Positions 12,880-24,120 of a DNA stretch of 64,000 bases are shown here, piece by piece. The DNA is from Trichosphaerium sp. ATCC 40318. Its lineage: Eukaryota; Protista; Tubulinea. The position numbers and the translations under genes are program-made. The stretch spans positions 138,111 through 202,110 of the forward strand of contig JALMLS010000124.1 of NCBI GenBank assembly GCA_038496445.1, given 5' to 3'. The notes beneath the pieces are model-generated. The model ran no database searches, was not told where the DNA came from, and saw nothing but the letters and a program-made list of their open reading frames with translations. Positions within the stretch are counted from its first letter, which is position 1; every line of letters starts with the position of its first letter.

Positions 12880-15800
12880 TTACACCACTTTAAAGACGTC
12901 TATGCGTTTTTCACCACCAGCGTAAAGCATTTGAAATGATGGTCCAAACTGTAAGTCATTGTAAACCTGAAATAAAAATTACAAAAAAAAAACCAACAAA
13001 GTCCGAAATCAGTTGCGTAGAGGTTCGAGCATCTACGCAAATAAAATAGACTACGTGCCATCTTTGGGTTATCAACATTGCATAGTACAGGTTTTGCATT
13101 TGTTGTATCTGTAAGATACAAGCCCATACATGTGGAAATAATGGCTTGATCATTTTTAGGGCCAACTGCAACCTAAGACACCGTGTTGGTTACTACATAT
13201 TAATTCATGTGAAGTGTGCTATTACCTTCATTACCGCTGTGTCATCAACTTTAATTTGTGAAATTTTTGTGCCTAAATAAAAACATAAGCGGCTATGCGC
13301 GTAGTGTAGAGCCATGCTTTTTTGAGAAAGTGACTTACTTGGTGCACGTAAATCCCAAACATTTACAACCTTATCAATACCACCTGTGCGCAGTGTTAAA
13401 ACAAATGTAGAAAAGTAATTTATTCTTTGATTCGTCTCGTACCAGAAACGAGTAAATTATCATGTGTGCTAAGACAAGTGATCATTTGTTCATGTGCTGT
13501 TTGTGCTCTAAACGAGTAATGAGTGACGTTCACTTCTGTTTACTTATTTTTTTTCAAAATCGCTTTTACGTACGGTCTAAGTTTGTGATATGATGTAAAT
13601 GTTGATGAGGCTTTATAGAGTTAAAGAGAAATAATAAAGGCGACGTCTACGCAAAAGGAAAAAATTTCTCTAGATCCAAAATCTTTGAAAAATGGATTTG
13701 GATACAATTCTTTTGTCGTGTATCCCATAGTTTTAATTGACAATCTTGGGAACCAGAAAAGAATAAATTCTCTGCATTTGGGTATTCTGCAATAGCTGTG
13801 ACTATCTTTGTGTGCTCAGAATATGATCTAAACTATAAACAAGCGTTAACAGAAATCGTATAAAAATCAAGTAGTGTACGTTTTTGGCTTGACCAAAGGT
13901 CATGGCTCTGGAAGGATCATAGAGTCTATTTAATGAGTTAATAGAAGTTTGCGTAAAGATGCTCGAGTTTACGCATACCTCAAAATGCCTTCCTCTATTC
14001 CTCTCCTTGATTCTCCTACAACAAATGTGCTATTTCCCTGAGAAGTTCCAAGTACTTTAACAACTGAAAACAGTTTATTTTTTTCTCCTTCTATTTGACC
14101 CCAAATATGCCATCTGTTAGTGGCCTCATTTATACGATACCTTTACAAGCAAAAAGTGAGTAACTTAACGTAAGAATCTTTAAGTTCGCAATAGTTCAGT
14201 CAGGTTTGAAGAGATGCTTTCAACTAAAAACTCATTTGTGCGTACCCAACAATTGCAGGGCAAACGTTTTGTTGTCTTGGTACACCACATAGTACTATAG
14301 ATCCTAGTGTATGAGATATATCAAGTGAACATGCATATCGACCAGGTATAGTGAGTTGGTTCTTGCACTAAGAAACAAAGTTAAAAAAAAAAGTTAATTT
14401 TTTTTTGAAAAAACCATACTGTGCCATCTGTAGACCAAATAATGACACTACCATCTTTTCCAGCACTGATAACATTCCTTCTTTTAACATCATACTGAAC
14501 TGCAAAAATTGTGGCTTCATGTCGCTCCCATGTGTCCACTTTTTTAAGCGCTAGATCCTTTCTGTTAGCTTTTCTAAAAAAAATCCAAAAAAACTATTTT
14601 CTGTCAACCCCTAGACTTCAATGTACCTGTGTAGGATGGTGGTGTTGAAAAAGGTTGTCTTGGTACTGGATCAACCTTTATAAAATAATAAGAGAATCTC
14701 CACACACGACAATCTTCCAGAAAAGAAAAAACAAAATCTGTTTCAAAAATGAATTTCGTACTGGAGTGTTCCAACTCATGTTTTCTTTAATATACTTAAC
14801 GTCATAGCTAAAACTTGTATCTGATATCTAGAAACACCTTTAGCAATAAACTTTGCCACCAAACCACGGTAATAAAAAGAGTACCAAGTCAAGAGCACGT
14901 CGAAGATTATTTAAATGATTCGTGTCACACTTATCAGTAAGCAATTCCTTACATAATTCAACTGTCTTTCCCAGTGTTGTTAATGCAGCACATCTTGTGT
15001 CATCTTCTTGTAGAAGTGTTGTAATAGTTGTTGCAGCGCCTAGAAACCCACCAAATTAGCACACAACAGAGCAAACATCAAACTTTTTTTTTTTTCAAAC
15101 TTGCAATGTTTGACATTTCGTTTTGTTTAAAGGACACAACGTACCCGTAACTGACACGCAACCAAATTTTACCAATGCAGCGAATGCTTCTGCATATGCA
15201 AAAAACTCGAAACGGTTACAGTCTTTGGGCCGTTTGATTGTCAAGAATTTTAATACAGAAGGTATCAGTCTGTCGCGTATTTTTGTGCGTAATCCCTCTG
15301 ATAGCCTATATTGTGCGTTGGTACGTATAAACATAGTACGGAACGGTTTTTAAAATGGTTTTCTAAATAAGTGAACCAAAATAAAAGGGAACCAAAGAAC
15401 GTTGGTGTAATGCGTAGTTCCGCGCGTTTTTTAGTATTTAGAGGTAAAAACAAATTGGTGAGAGAAAATACAGTTTTTAAGCAAGAAAACTCGTTAACTT
15501 GGTGCAACACACTAGAATTTAGCGTTCTTGCGATTCGTATGCGAAAAACACGCAAAAGTTATCACGTACGATGGCAAAATGGTGAGATAGGGAATGACGG
15601 AACGCTGCGCATTATTGGGAGGGTTTGGGAACACTATCTCGCCGAGTACATTAAAAAACTCACTCAATTTGGTTTCTTCAGCTCCAGGATCAGTATCAAA
15701 AACTTGTTGTATGTGCTGTGCTATCTGATCGTAATTTGGAGAAGGTTCAACGCAACTCATCAATAACTCACGAAACAGTTGCTGCGTATTTGCCACTGTA

Positions 15801-15937
15801 ACAGGAAGCTAAACGGCAGTTGGAAACACGCGTATAATAGGTAATACCTGAGATGTCAGTTTCTTTAGCGCTTCCACAAATTTGGTAGCTGCTGGAATCT
15901 CTTCAGCTTGTAACTCCAACTCTATTGTAATTTTCAT
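12880..15937 (-). CDS. Helical (MIF4G/HEAT-like) N-terminal domain plus WD40 repeats
   Basis: N-terminal helical region AYAEAFAALVKFG...RCAALTTLGKTVELC. WD repeats include ISAGKDGSVIIW and GGIDKVVNVWDLR. Last exon ends GGEKRIDVFKVV*. Many short introns. Confidence 0.75.
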
Positions 15938-16139
15938 GTTGCTACGTTATAGGTCGTATTTGAAATATAAAAAGCTCGCTCCAAAAGGTCAACACAGGTT
16001 TAGGATTTGGCTGATACAGTGAATTCCACCCTATGGGTAGCCTGTGCTACTACTGTTTCCACAGAAAGTACATTCGGTGAGTATTTTTGTAACAGCGCAC
16101 TAATACATTACGTGATACGATTATTTTACAACGTAACGG

Positions 16140-18186
16140 ATGTCTCGCTTTGGTGCAGGCTTCTCTGATTACTTACATAACGGCATATTGTCTGATGTCA
16201 CTCTACGGTTGGATTCCAAGTCATACAAGGCCCACCGTATAATACTGGCCTATTCGTCAGAGTTTTTTAAAAAACTATTTTCTTCCAAGTTTAAAGAGGT
16301 CAATCAAAGGTGCTTACGCTTCAATATTACGATATGTAACATCTCCAAGGATAATAGAGCTAAAATTTGAAGACCCGAAAGATGTATTCCCACAAGTCCT
16401 TCAATTCATGTACGAGGGTTACTTACACATTACAAAAGAGAATGTCATTGCTCTGTTAACAGCTTCTCAGCAATACTTCATACCAACATTGCGCGTGCGT
16501 CTACTCAATCATAAAACTCGCCCACAAGAACCACACCGTTAACCCTTAAACAGGATCAATGTACTGAGTACGTGAGCAGTAATCTCGGAAAGGATTCTGC
16601 GATTCAATTTCTTAGAGATGCCATAGACTTTGTACAAGAAGACATACAGGAGCGGTAAACTGATCTGCCTTAAAACACGACGACAAAAGTACTGATATTC
16701 GTAGATGCATTGACACAATTGCTGCCAATTTTTTATGGCTGACTGAGAGCTCCATACCTGACTTTTCTTGGTTGTTTCCACAGACTTTAGAAAAGCTTCT
16801 CAAAAATCCTCGTCTGGCTGTTTCCAATGAGTATAGTGTATACTGCACGGTTACACGGTATATTGATGCGCATCCTGAACTTGATGATGCTCAAGTAGAG
16901 AGACTGGCAAAGCACATTCGATTCAGGTACCTCTCTTCATCTGTTTAAGTTAAAAAGCAACCAATCTACAATATTCAGCTGACCTTTCGTTTTAAGATGG
17001 CTGACATCCAAGCAGTTGATGGAAGCGCTTGCACACCCACGTATTCCTAAGAAGCATCTCATAACAGGTGCATTACTTCGTTTGAGAGAAACAGAGTGTA
17101 CCTCTAGAGTGCCTCCACCATTCAAGTTATCAAGAAGGTAAGTGCTATTAGTGGGTGGGTTTCTTCTTTACTCGGCAATTATGGTCTATCAGGTCCGCCC
17201 AATATTGTTTTAATCACTACATAGGCACGAAAAAAGGCGATGGATGGGCGTACAAGTAGAATGGGATCGGTCAGAGTAAGCACCTTTTGAAAGTAGATTG
17301 TAGCTTACTTGTTTGTTTTAAAAAAGACCGAGTCTACGTGGTATATTGCATTGGCTTGGGACTGATATGAATAGAAGGACTTTCATTAATCCTGCTCAAA
17401 TCGGTATCGTTAACGTGACGGCTTCCAGGTGCGCATAGCATTATAAAATTAGTCAACGCTACTCGCTAACAAGTAGTTTATTGTTACTACTTGATGCTCA
17501 CATCTTTTTTTAAGCCTTGCTATCGGCAATGCGGAGGATATAGTAGACCTTCAGGCACCTGCTCGCCGTGTTTGGACCCAAGATGTTCCTGCATCTTGGA
17601 TTTGTATCGATCTTATAGATTGGGCTATAAAGCCTACTGGATACTCCCTTAGACATGGTGGAGATTACCGTGCAGATGCTTTGAGGAACTGGGACTTTCA
17701 AGGTAAGCAAAAAATAAAATCCATCTAGTAGACTTTTAGCATCCTCACCAGCGTCTACACTTCTCACTTGCTAACTCTTAGGATCAAATAACGGAAAAAC
17801 TTGGCAACTTCTAAAACGACACTCTGATGATCCTTCTCTTGACGGTCCTCATGCCATACATACGTGGTCAGTAGTAGGTGCAATAGAACCGTACACCTCA
17901 TTTAGAATTATTCAAACAGGTACAAACTCTCGTGCGAGACAATAACTACCTTTAAAACAAGCTCTCGTACCTCTATGACTAATTTGATTTCTTTACACGA
18001 ACAACTATTTACTCGCTTGCTACTGTAGGACAAAACAGCAACAACCATAATTTCCTGGTTGTTGCAGGGATAGAGCTGTTCGGAGAAGTTTGGGAATGGT
18101 CTACGAAGGGCGATCAAAGAAAGGATAAGAGTACAAGGAAGGATGGACAAAAACGAAGAGCACAAACTACGCGAACCACAAAGTGA
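16140..18186 (+). CDS. BTB/POZ-BACK protein with C-terminal galactose-binding-like (HECTD1-type) domain
   Basis: LSDVTLRLDSKSYKAHRIILAYSSEFFKKLF (BTB), LAKHIRF (BACK), and GILHWLGT...INPA...GYSLRHG...ALRNWDFQGS...W..LKRH..D.SL...FRIIQTG.N...GIELFG. Confidence 0.88.
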
Positions 18187-18996
18187 AGTTCTCTTTATTG
18201 TGTGGTCAATGGGTTAGATTCCTTTGAGTCTTTTTTTGTACAGTGTACAGATGGAATGAAATAAAACCATGAGCGCATACTGCGCTTTAGTAAACTGTGG
18301 TGTAAATGATGTGCTGTGATTCCTGTTACCTTTTCGGTTCAAAAAAAACCCAAGAAACTAACTACTAGCTTGCATTTCCATTCGAGCTTTGACTAGTACA
18401 AGGTGTTGTATTATTTTAAAAGCTACCAAAGAATCTACACATGGGTATTGCTACGTTACATAATCAAGCTACGTGCTGACAAATCTCACCTTTTTGCACG
18501 TGTGGAATGGCTGCCAAGAATTAATGGTTACTAAAGCATGAGCAATTGTACAAAAGGAAAGGTACACTCACAAAAAAAAAACGTGCAACGTTTTTCATGG
18601 TTTTAGAATAACATTTATAATGGTGACACGCTTCAACATCTGTCACGCACAATAAGAAAGGGAATAAAAAACCAGGCAGCACGTTTTCCAAAGCCAAAAA
18701 CAAAAACCGAAAGTGTACCATGGAGCGCAAAACAAGAACGAAAGAGGGCAATGTTATGTGTACCATTGCGTGAGAGGAGTGGATGCGTAAACAATACATT
18801 TAAAAGAAATCTACAAAAACAATTTACTGTCGCGAAAGTTACTTGTATCTACGCTCAACGATAACAGCAGAACGAAACAGTACGACTTTCAAACAAAAAC
18901 AAATAAAAGGAGCGCAGTGAGTGAGGCAAACAAACAACGCGTGTGCGTACTACAAAATATTTTATTCTAGCGAGCAAAAAGGGGTACAGAAACGCT

Positions 18997-20538
18997 TTAG
19001 TTAAACAACAAGTCTTCTTCGCTTAGCTCAGAATCCATGTTATCTTCCTCAACATCCTCTAGGGTAGCTGCAAGTTCTTCTTCAGGCATATTCTCGAGTT
19101 CATCCAAAGCCTCAAGTTCTTCTTCGCTGAGTTCTTCTTCAACATCATCTTCAGCGTCGAGCTCAGCTTCGATTTCAGCTTCAATTTCTTCTTCAGACAT
19201 TTCATCGTCAAAATCAGTTTCGCTTTCGAAGTCTTCTTCTCCGTCAACGTAGTCACCTTCGATCTCAGTTTCGAAGTCTTCTTCTTCGTCCAAAGGTGCT
19301 TCTTCGTCGAGTTCAAGTTCCATCTCTTCGATTTCAGCTTCAAGTTCTTCTTCGCTCAATGGTTCTTCTTCGTATTCACCTTCCATTTCTTCTTCGTCAA
19401 ATTCACCATCCATCTCAGCTTCTGCGAGTTCAGCTTCAATCTCAGCGTCGAGTTCTTCGTCAGTCATAGCTTCAAGTTCTTCTTCGTCAAAGTCAGCTTC
19501 GTCGAATTCTCCTTCCATCTCAGCTTCTTTGAGTTCAGCTTCAATCTCGGCTTCCATTTCTTCTTCGTCAAATTGACCATCCATCTCAGCTTCTGCAAGT
19601 TCAGCTTCAATCTCAGCGTCGAGTTCTTCGTCGGTCATATCTTCAAGTTCTTCTTCGGTCAAGTCTTCGCTACCAAGGAGCATATCTGGTTCGCCAAGCA
19701 TATCAGGTTCACCTTCAAAGATATCATCTTCTTCGAGTTCTGGTTCTTCGTCAACCATCATAAAGTCTTCGTCTTCACCGTCAAAGTCAACAGCGTCACC
19801 GATTTGTTCGTACAAGTTTTCAAGAGCTTGAAGGACTTGTTTGACAGCAGGTCTGATAACATCATCGATAGGGTCATTTGTCAAAAAGTCGCAAGTATCT
19901 TCGAAGTTATCAGGTGAAGTGCTCATCTGGATCTTTTCGAAGATTTCAATCAAGATATCAACACAAACAGCAGGGTCTTGGTGTTTACCGACAGCGTTTT
20001 TCAAGTCCATAAGAAGCTCACCGATTTCAAGTGGGGTACCAAGAGCATCCTCAGCGTCTTCGCGTGCTTGTTCGTAACGATCTTCAGCGTCACCACGAAT
20101 ATCTTCATAACGTTCTTCTACATCACCGCGAATATCTTCAAACCGACCTTCAGCATCACCACGGATATCTTCAAAGCGATCTTCAGCGTCACCGCGAATA
20201 TCTTCATAACGCTCTTCTACATCACCGCGAATATCTTCAAGACTATCTTCGATATCACCTCTTCGTTCATTAATGAACTCTTCAGCACTTTCGCGTCTAG
20301 CTTCAATTTCATCTTCAACAGCATCGCGTGCTTCTTCGTATTCTCGTGCTACACCGTCTTCAATCTCGTCTTTGGTATCTAAGACTTGTTCAAGAGCGTC
20401 TTCGTAAGCTTCTTCAACTTGTTGTCTTGCTGTATCTTTAAGGTCATCAAGAGCATCAGCAAGTTGGTTTTTAAGCCCACCGAAGAAAGCAGCGGAGCCT
20501 ACTACAAACAACGCAAGTATAACAATAGTTAGTTTCAT
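18997..20538 (-). CDS. Intronless secreted, extremely Asp/Glu-rich protein with 11-aa repeats
   Basis: Single ORF starting with signal peptide MKLTIVILALFVVGSAA, then tandem EDIRGD(V/A)E(E/D/G)R(Y/F) repeats, a short two-Cys helical segment and a ~260-aa acidic C-terminus. Confidence 0.9.
   Translation of the reverse strand: MKLTIVILALFVVGSAAFFGGLKNQLADALDDLKDTARQQVEEAYEDALEQVLDTKDEIEDGVAREYEEARDAVEDEIEARRESAEEFINERRGDIEDSLEDIRGDVEERYEDIRGDAEDRFEDIRGDAEGRFEDIRGDVEERYEDIRGDAEDRYEQAREDAEDALGTPLEIGELLMDLKNAVGKHQDPAVCVDILIEIFEKIQMSTSPDNFEDTCDFLTNDPIDDVIRPAVKQVLQALENLYEQIGDAVDFDGEDEDFMMVDEEPELEEDDIFEGEPDMLGEPDMLLGSEDLTEEELEDMTDEELDAEIEAELAEAEMDGQFDEEEMEAEIEAELKEAEMEGEFDEADFDEEELEAMTDEELDAEIEAELAEAEMDGEFDEEEMEGEYEEEPLSEEELEAEIEEMELELDEEAPLDEEEDFETEIEGDYVDGEEDFESETDFDDEMSEEEIEAEIEAELDAEDDVEEELSEEELEALDELENMPEEELAATLEDVEEDNMDSELSEEDLLFN
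19380..19660 (-). repeat. Internal direct duplication encoding EEELE(D/A)MTDEELDAEIEAELAEAEMDG(Q/E)FDEEEME
   Basis: Near-identical nucleotide blocks at about 19381-19490 and 19552-19660. Confidence 0.85.
20050..20270 (-). repeat. 33-bp coding tandem repeat (11-aa EDIRGDxExRY/F)
   Basis: About five near-identical 33-nt units such as CATCACCGCGAATATCTTCA on the + strand, plus degenerate flanking units. Confidence 0.9.
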
Positions 20539-21016
20539 TTTTAATTCCACACAGAGTTATATATGATGATATATGGGGAACTGTTGTGGAGCTTGTTGTG
20601 CTTTTGTTATTCTGGGTGCAAAAAAGGAAAAAATTCGCCTTATTTGCTAAAAAACATCCAAAATAAGTTCCGTGACCCTTCTATTCATTGAGTGTTATCG
20701 TATACATTCCTGCAAGCTTGTGTTCGTATACTACACGTTTTTAAGAAGCTAGTAGTCGGGTTTATACTCCTAAGCGCCATTACACTCTAATTCCCGCGTC
20801 ATAACCCATATAAGCGTATTGAGGCTTCTACAGGAGTAGATTTGCGTCAAGTAGCAAAGGAAGTATCTATTAAAAAACGAAATTAATGAAAAAATTATCC
20901 CGCATTGTCATTTCTTTGTTACGGCCGAGTTTGTACCTTGATCACACGGCGTCAAAGTGACTTTTTTAACATTCTTGTTTTTGTTAAAAAACACTAAATT
21001 CTCTTCTTTCCTAATA

Positions 21017-23854
21017 TCACTCTTGTGGTTGTGTTAAAAAGACATCTCCTGCACAACGTTGTAGCCACCTGGTTTTTGAGAAACGTTAACTAACTAGCCA
21101 CATTCATATAAAAGCTTTTGTGTCATTTTTGGCTTACCATTGCATAGTACGCTTGTGTGCGTTGTCTATCACTTTGGTGTCCCACTCGTGATCAGGGTAA
21201 ACTCGTTTTAAAATATGAGGCCAGTAATGAATCATGCCGCCTCCTCCAAGATTTGTCAATTGATCACGTGAAATATACATCCAATGTGAAGGATGTTTTA
21301 TCTTTAGTCGCTCTTCCGTCTCTCTCATGAACTGTATTGTCGTTTCAGTTCGCCAGTAAGTACGTTTGATTGTTCCTGTATGTCTAAAGTAATAGAAAAA
21401 TGTATTAGCAACGTTGTATTCAATTCACACGCGTCGCAATGTTGTTCAAAAAAAAAAAAAAGAAAAAAAGTTCATTTTTTCCAGTTTTTTTTTGAGCGTT
21501 TATGCTTACCCAAACTCGGATTTATCCCATTTGAATGATTTATAAACATTACTTAACGCTTCGAAAAGCGAACCGCCATATCTAAAAGTAAGGATTAGCG
21601 GATTTTTATTAAATAAGAATGAGACAATCAAATACTATTGAGACACTCAACATTTCTTTGACATACTTTGCCATCACGTTTGTACCACCTTGACGCTCGA
21701 TAGATGCTTTTGTTACACTATACCATCCGTCAAGTGATTTGACATCAAGCTGTTCACCAATGTCATTAAAAAAAAACTGTTGGTTTGCAATGACAAATGG
21801 TGATTGATCTCTTGTTGTTGCTGTTGCTCTTGAACTATTATCTCTCTTTGTGCGGCTTATCCTTTAAAATTTTTAGTTGGAATAGGTAGTATTGGGAGTG
21901 TTTATTTACCTTTCATCATACATTTTATGCATCACATGCGCATCTCTAAGATAGCGACGTCAGAATCCAGCAAAAAAAAATCGAAAAAAATTTGTTTTTT
22001 TTTATTTTTTGACTTGCCTTGCCGAACGTGTGCCTTCTGATTCCGGGTATAATGCATATAATAGCTCTGATATAGAACCGTTGTATCTTTATTACGAATA
22101 AGTTCCGTTGGTTCTTTTAATGTTCTTATAATACTTACTTTTTAAGAAGACCATCTATTGCTTCGTAGCGTCTTAGATCATCTCTTGTTATCGAGTACCA
22201 TTCGTCACTAGTTTTGTATCCTTGAATGTTACTAACATAATCAAATAATAGGCGATTACTGTCAATATTATCCCACTTTCTAGACAGGTAGAGCAAAGTT
22301 AGTTCGCTAATACCAAAAAAAGGGTTTTCAAATTATTAATTTGGGCCTCGTCTAGTAAACGATACAAGCGGCCCTAATCACGTACTTGAAGAGCCACATC
22401 TTCCATTGACGTTGTGGGTACAGAGTCTCAAGTAGACTTGACAATGTCTCATAACTAATGGCCTTTCAGTATCGTAATATTCATTTAAAAGGCAGTACCG
22501 CTTAGCAACACCAGGTGCTATGAGTTGAATATCTCTTAGCGTGAAGTTGTACCAATCATCCAAAACAATGATTCTGAGAGTTTCGCTGATAGATTCTATC
22601 TTATTAAACTGGTTTTTGGTATCTTCCCAGTAACCTTTAGGTGCTCGACTATGGATGTTAACATTAGCATCAGATTCAAAAAAAAAAAACTGAACCAAAA
22701 GTTTCGCTTGTGTAGCGCGGCACGTGCCTAAAGTTCCATTTTATCCAATCGTATTCAGGGAAAACAAAAGATAGGGCGTTAATCAACGAGTTATCGTATC
22801 TACAAGAAGAAAAAGTCAGAAAAGTGTCAAAATGTCCAACGACATGTCAACTTGTTTTTAAGGAATTTCATTTCAGAGTTTTTTTTGTTGACATTTTGAT
22901 GTTCATTGTGTGCGCACTTTTGAAGAGCTACAATGCCACCAGAGAATAAATGAATATCAGCATTCTGTATACTATACCAACCATCCAATGACTTCAATCC
23001 TAATCGCTCTCCAACATTTTCAAAAAAAATACGTTGATTTTTGACATTGTTCCAATGACCCATTGGAGCACACCTAACAAAACATGCTTTCTTAGTTCTA
23101 TATAACGTTAAAAATACACTAAATACATACCTAAAGTGCCATGGCATCCATAGGTAGTTAGGGAAGAAGGATTGAAGCGCTTTGCTTAGAGAGTTGTTGA
23201 AGCTGTTGAAAAAAAAAAGTCAGAACATACTAAAAATGTATTGGGTTGTTGTGTTCTTCTGTGTACGTTTTGAGTATGCTAGAACCGCCTAGAGATTTTA
23301 CTTGCTTTACTGTGATAGAATACCAACCGTCTAAGCATTTGATATCAAGTTCTTCGCCCGTTTTTTCAAACCAAAGTTTTTTGTTGTCCATGTTATTCCA
23401 ATAGCCCTTTGGAGTACCGCTAATGCGTATTTAGTTTGTTCTTTCCATTTCAGTGTGGTACGTACTTGAACAATGACAAATTCCACTCGTATTCGTCGTA
23501 TATTAATTGTAGGGCGCCAGAAAGTGATTTGTTAAACCTTTGGACGTTAACATTTGACAGTTCAATAAATAGTGCTCACTGGTGTAATATAGTCTTTCCT
23601 CCAGCTTTTATGACTTGTTTGGATGTTACATTGTACCATCCGTCTTTAGTTTTGATTTGAAGCTCAGGAGCTATCTTGTCGTCGAATATACGCTTAGTAG
23701 ATACTCTAACCGCTTCGCTGTTGCTGCGCGTTAATATATTTCAAAAAGTTGTTTTTTACCTTGATTTATGCCTTTGAGACTCCCTAACATGTATTGCACA
23801 TCGTTGTACGCTTGTAATCAATAATGTGCCTGATTTTACTTTTCTGCCTAACAT
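21017..23854 (-). CDS. Tandem ~70-aa 'PxGYW...LDxWY...GG...YP..W..F' repeat protein with predicted mitochondrial presequence
   Basis: Spliced start MLGRKVKSGTLLITSVQRCAIHVRESQRHKSS. Repeats include PKGYWNNMDNK..LDGWY, PMGHWNNVKNQRIFF..LDGWY and PKGYWEDTKNQ..LDDWY. Ends MQWWLQRCAGDVFLTQPQE*. Confidence 0.75.
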
Positions 23855-24120
23855 GTGACATACATTTAACGCTATAGCGTTCTAGCATTGCAGCACATTG
23901 AGTTATACTTCAACAAAGAGCAAACGAGAGCGCTGAAACAGTCCAATGAAGTCAAGTTTATTTTTTTCGTTTAGTGTGAATGTTGTGACGCCTCAATTTG
24001 CCATGCGTCAGTGAAGTAATTAGTACGTACAAATACAGGATATAAACACTCGAGGTATTTTAATAAACTACGCCAATTTGTAATAATCTGACCAAAAAGA
24101 ACCATAGTTCTACCACCACA

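Noticed and set aside
20050-20270. Regular 33-bp repeats as a CRISPR-like array
   Set aside because: No unique spacers. The repeats are in-frame coding units in a eukaryotic gene.
19037-20382. Several overlapping ORFs (Ser-rich, Phe-rich, Lys-rich) across the acidic gene
   Set aside because: Shadow frames of the low-complexity 18997-20538 ORF.
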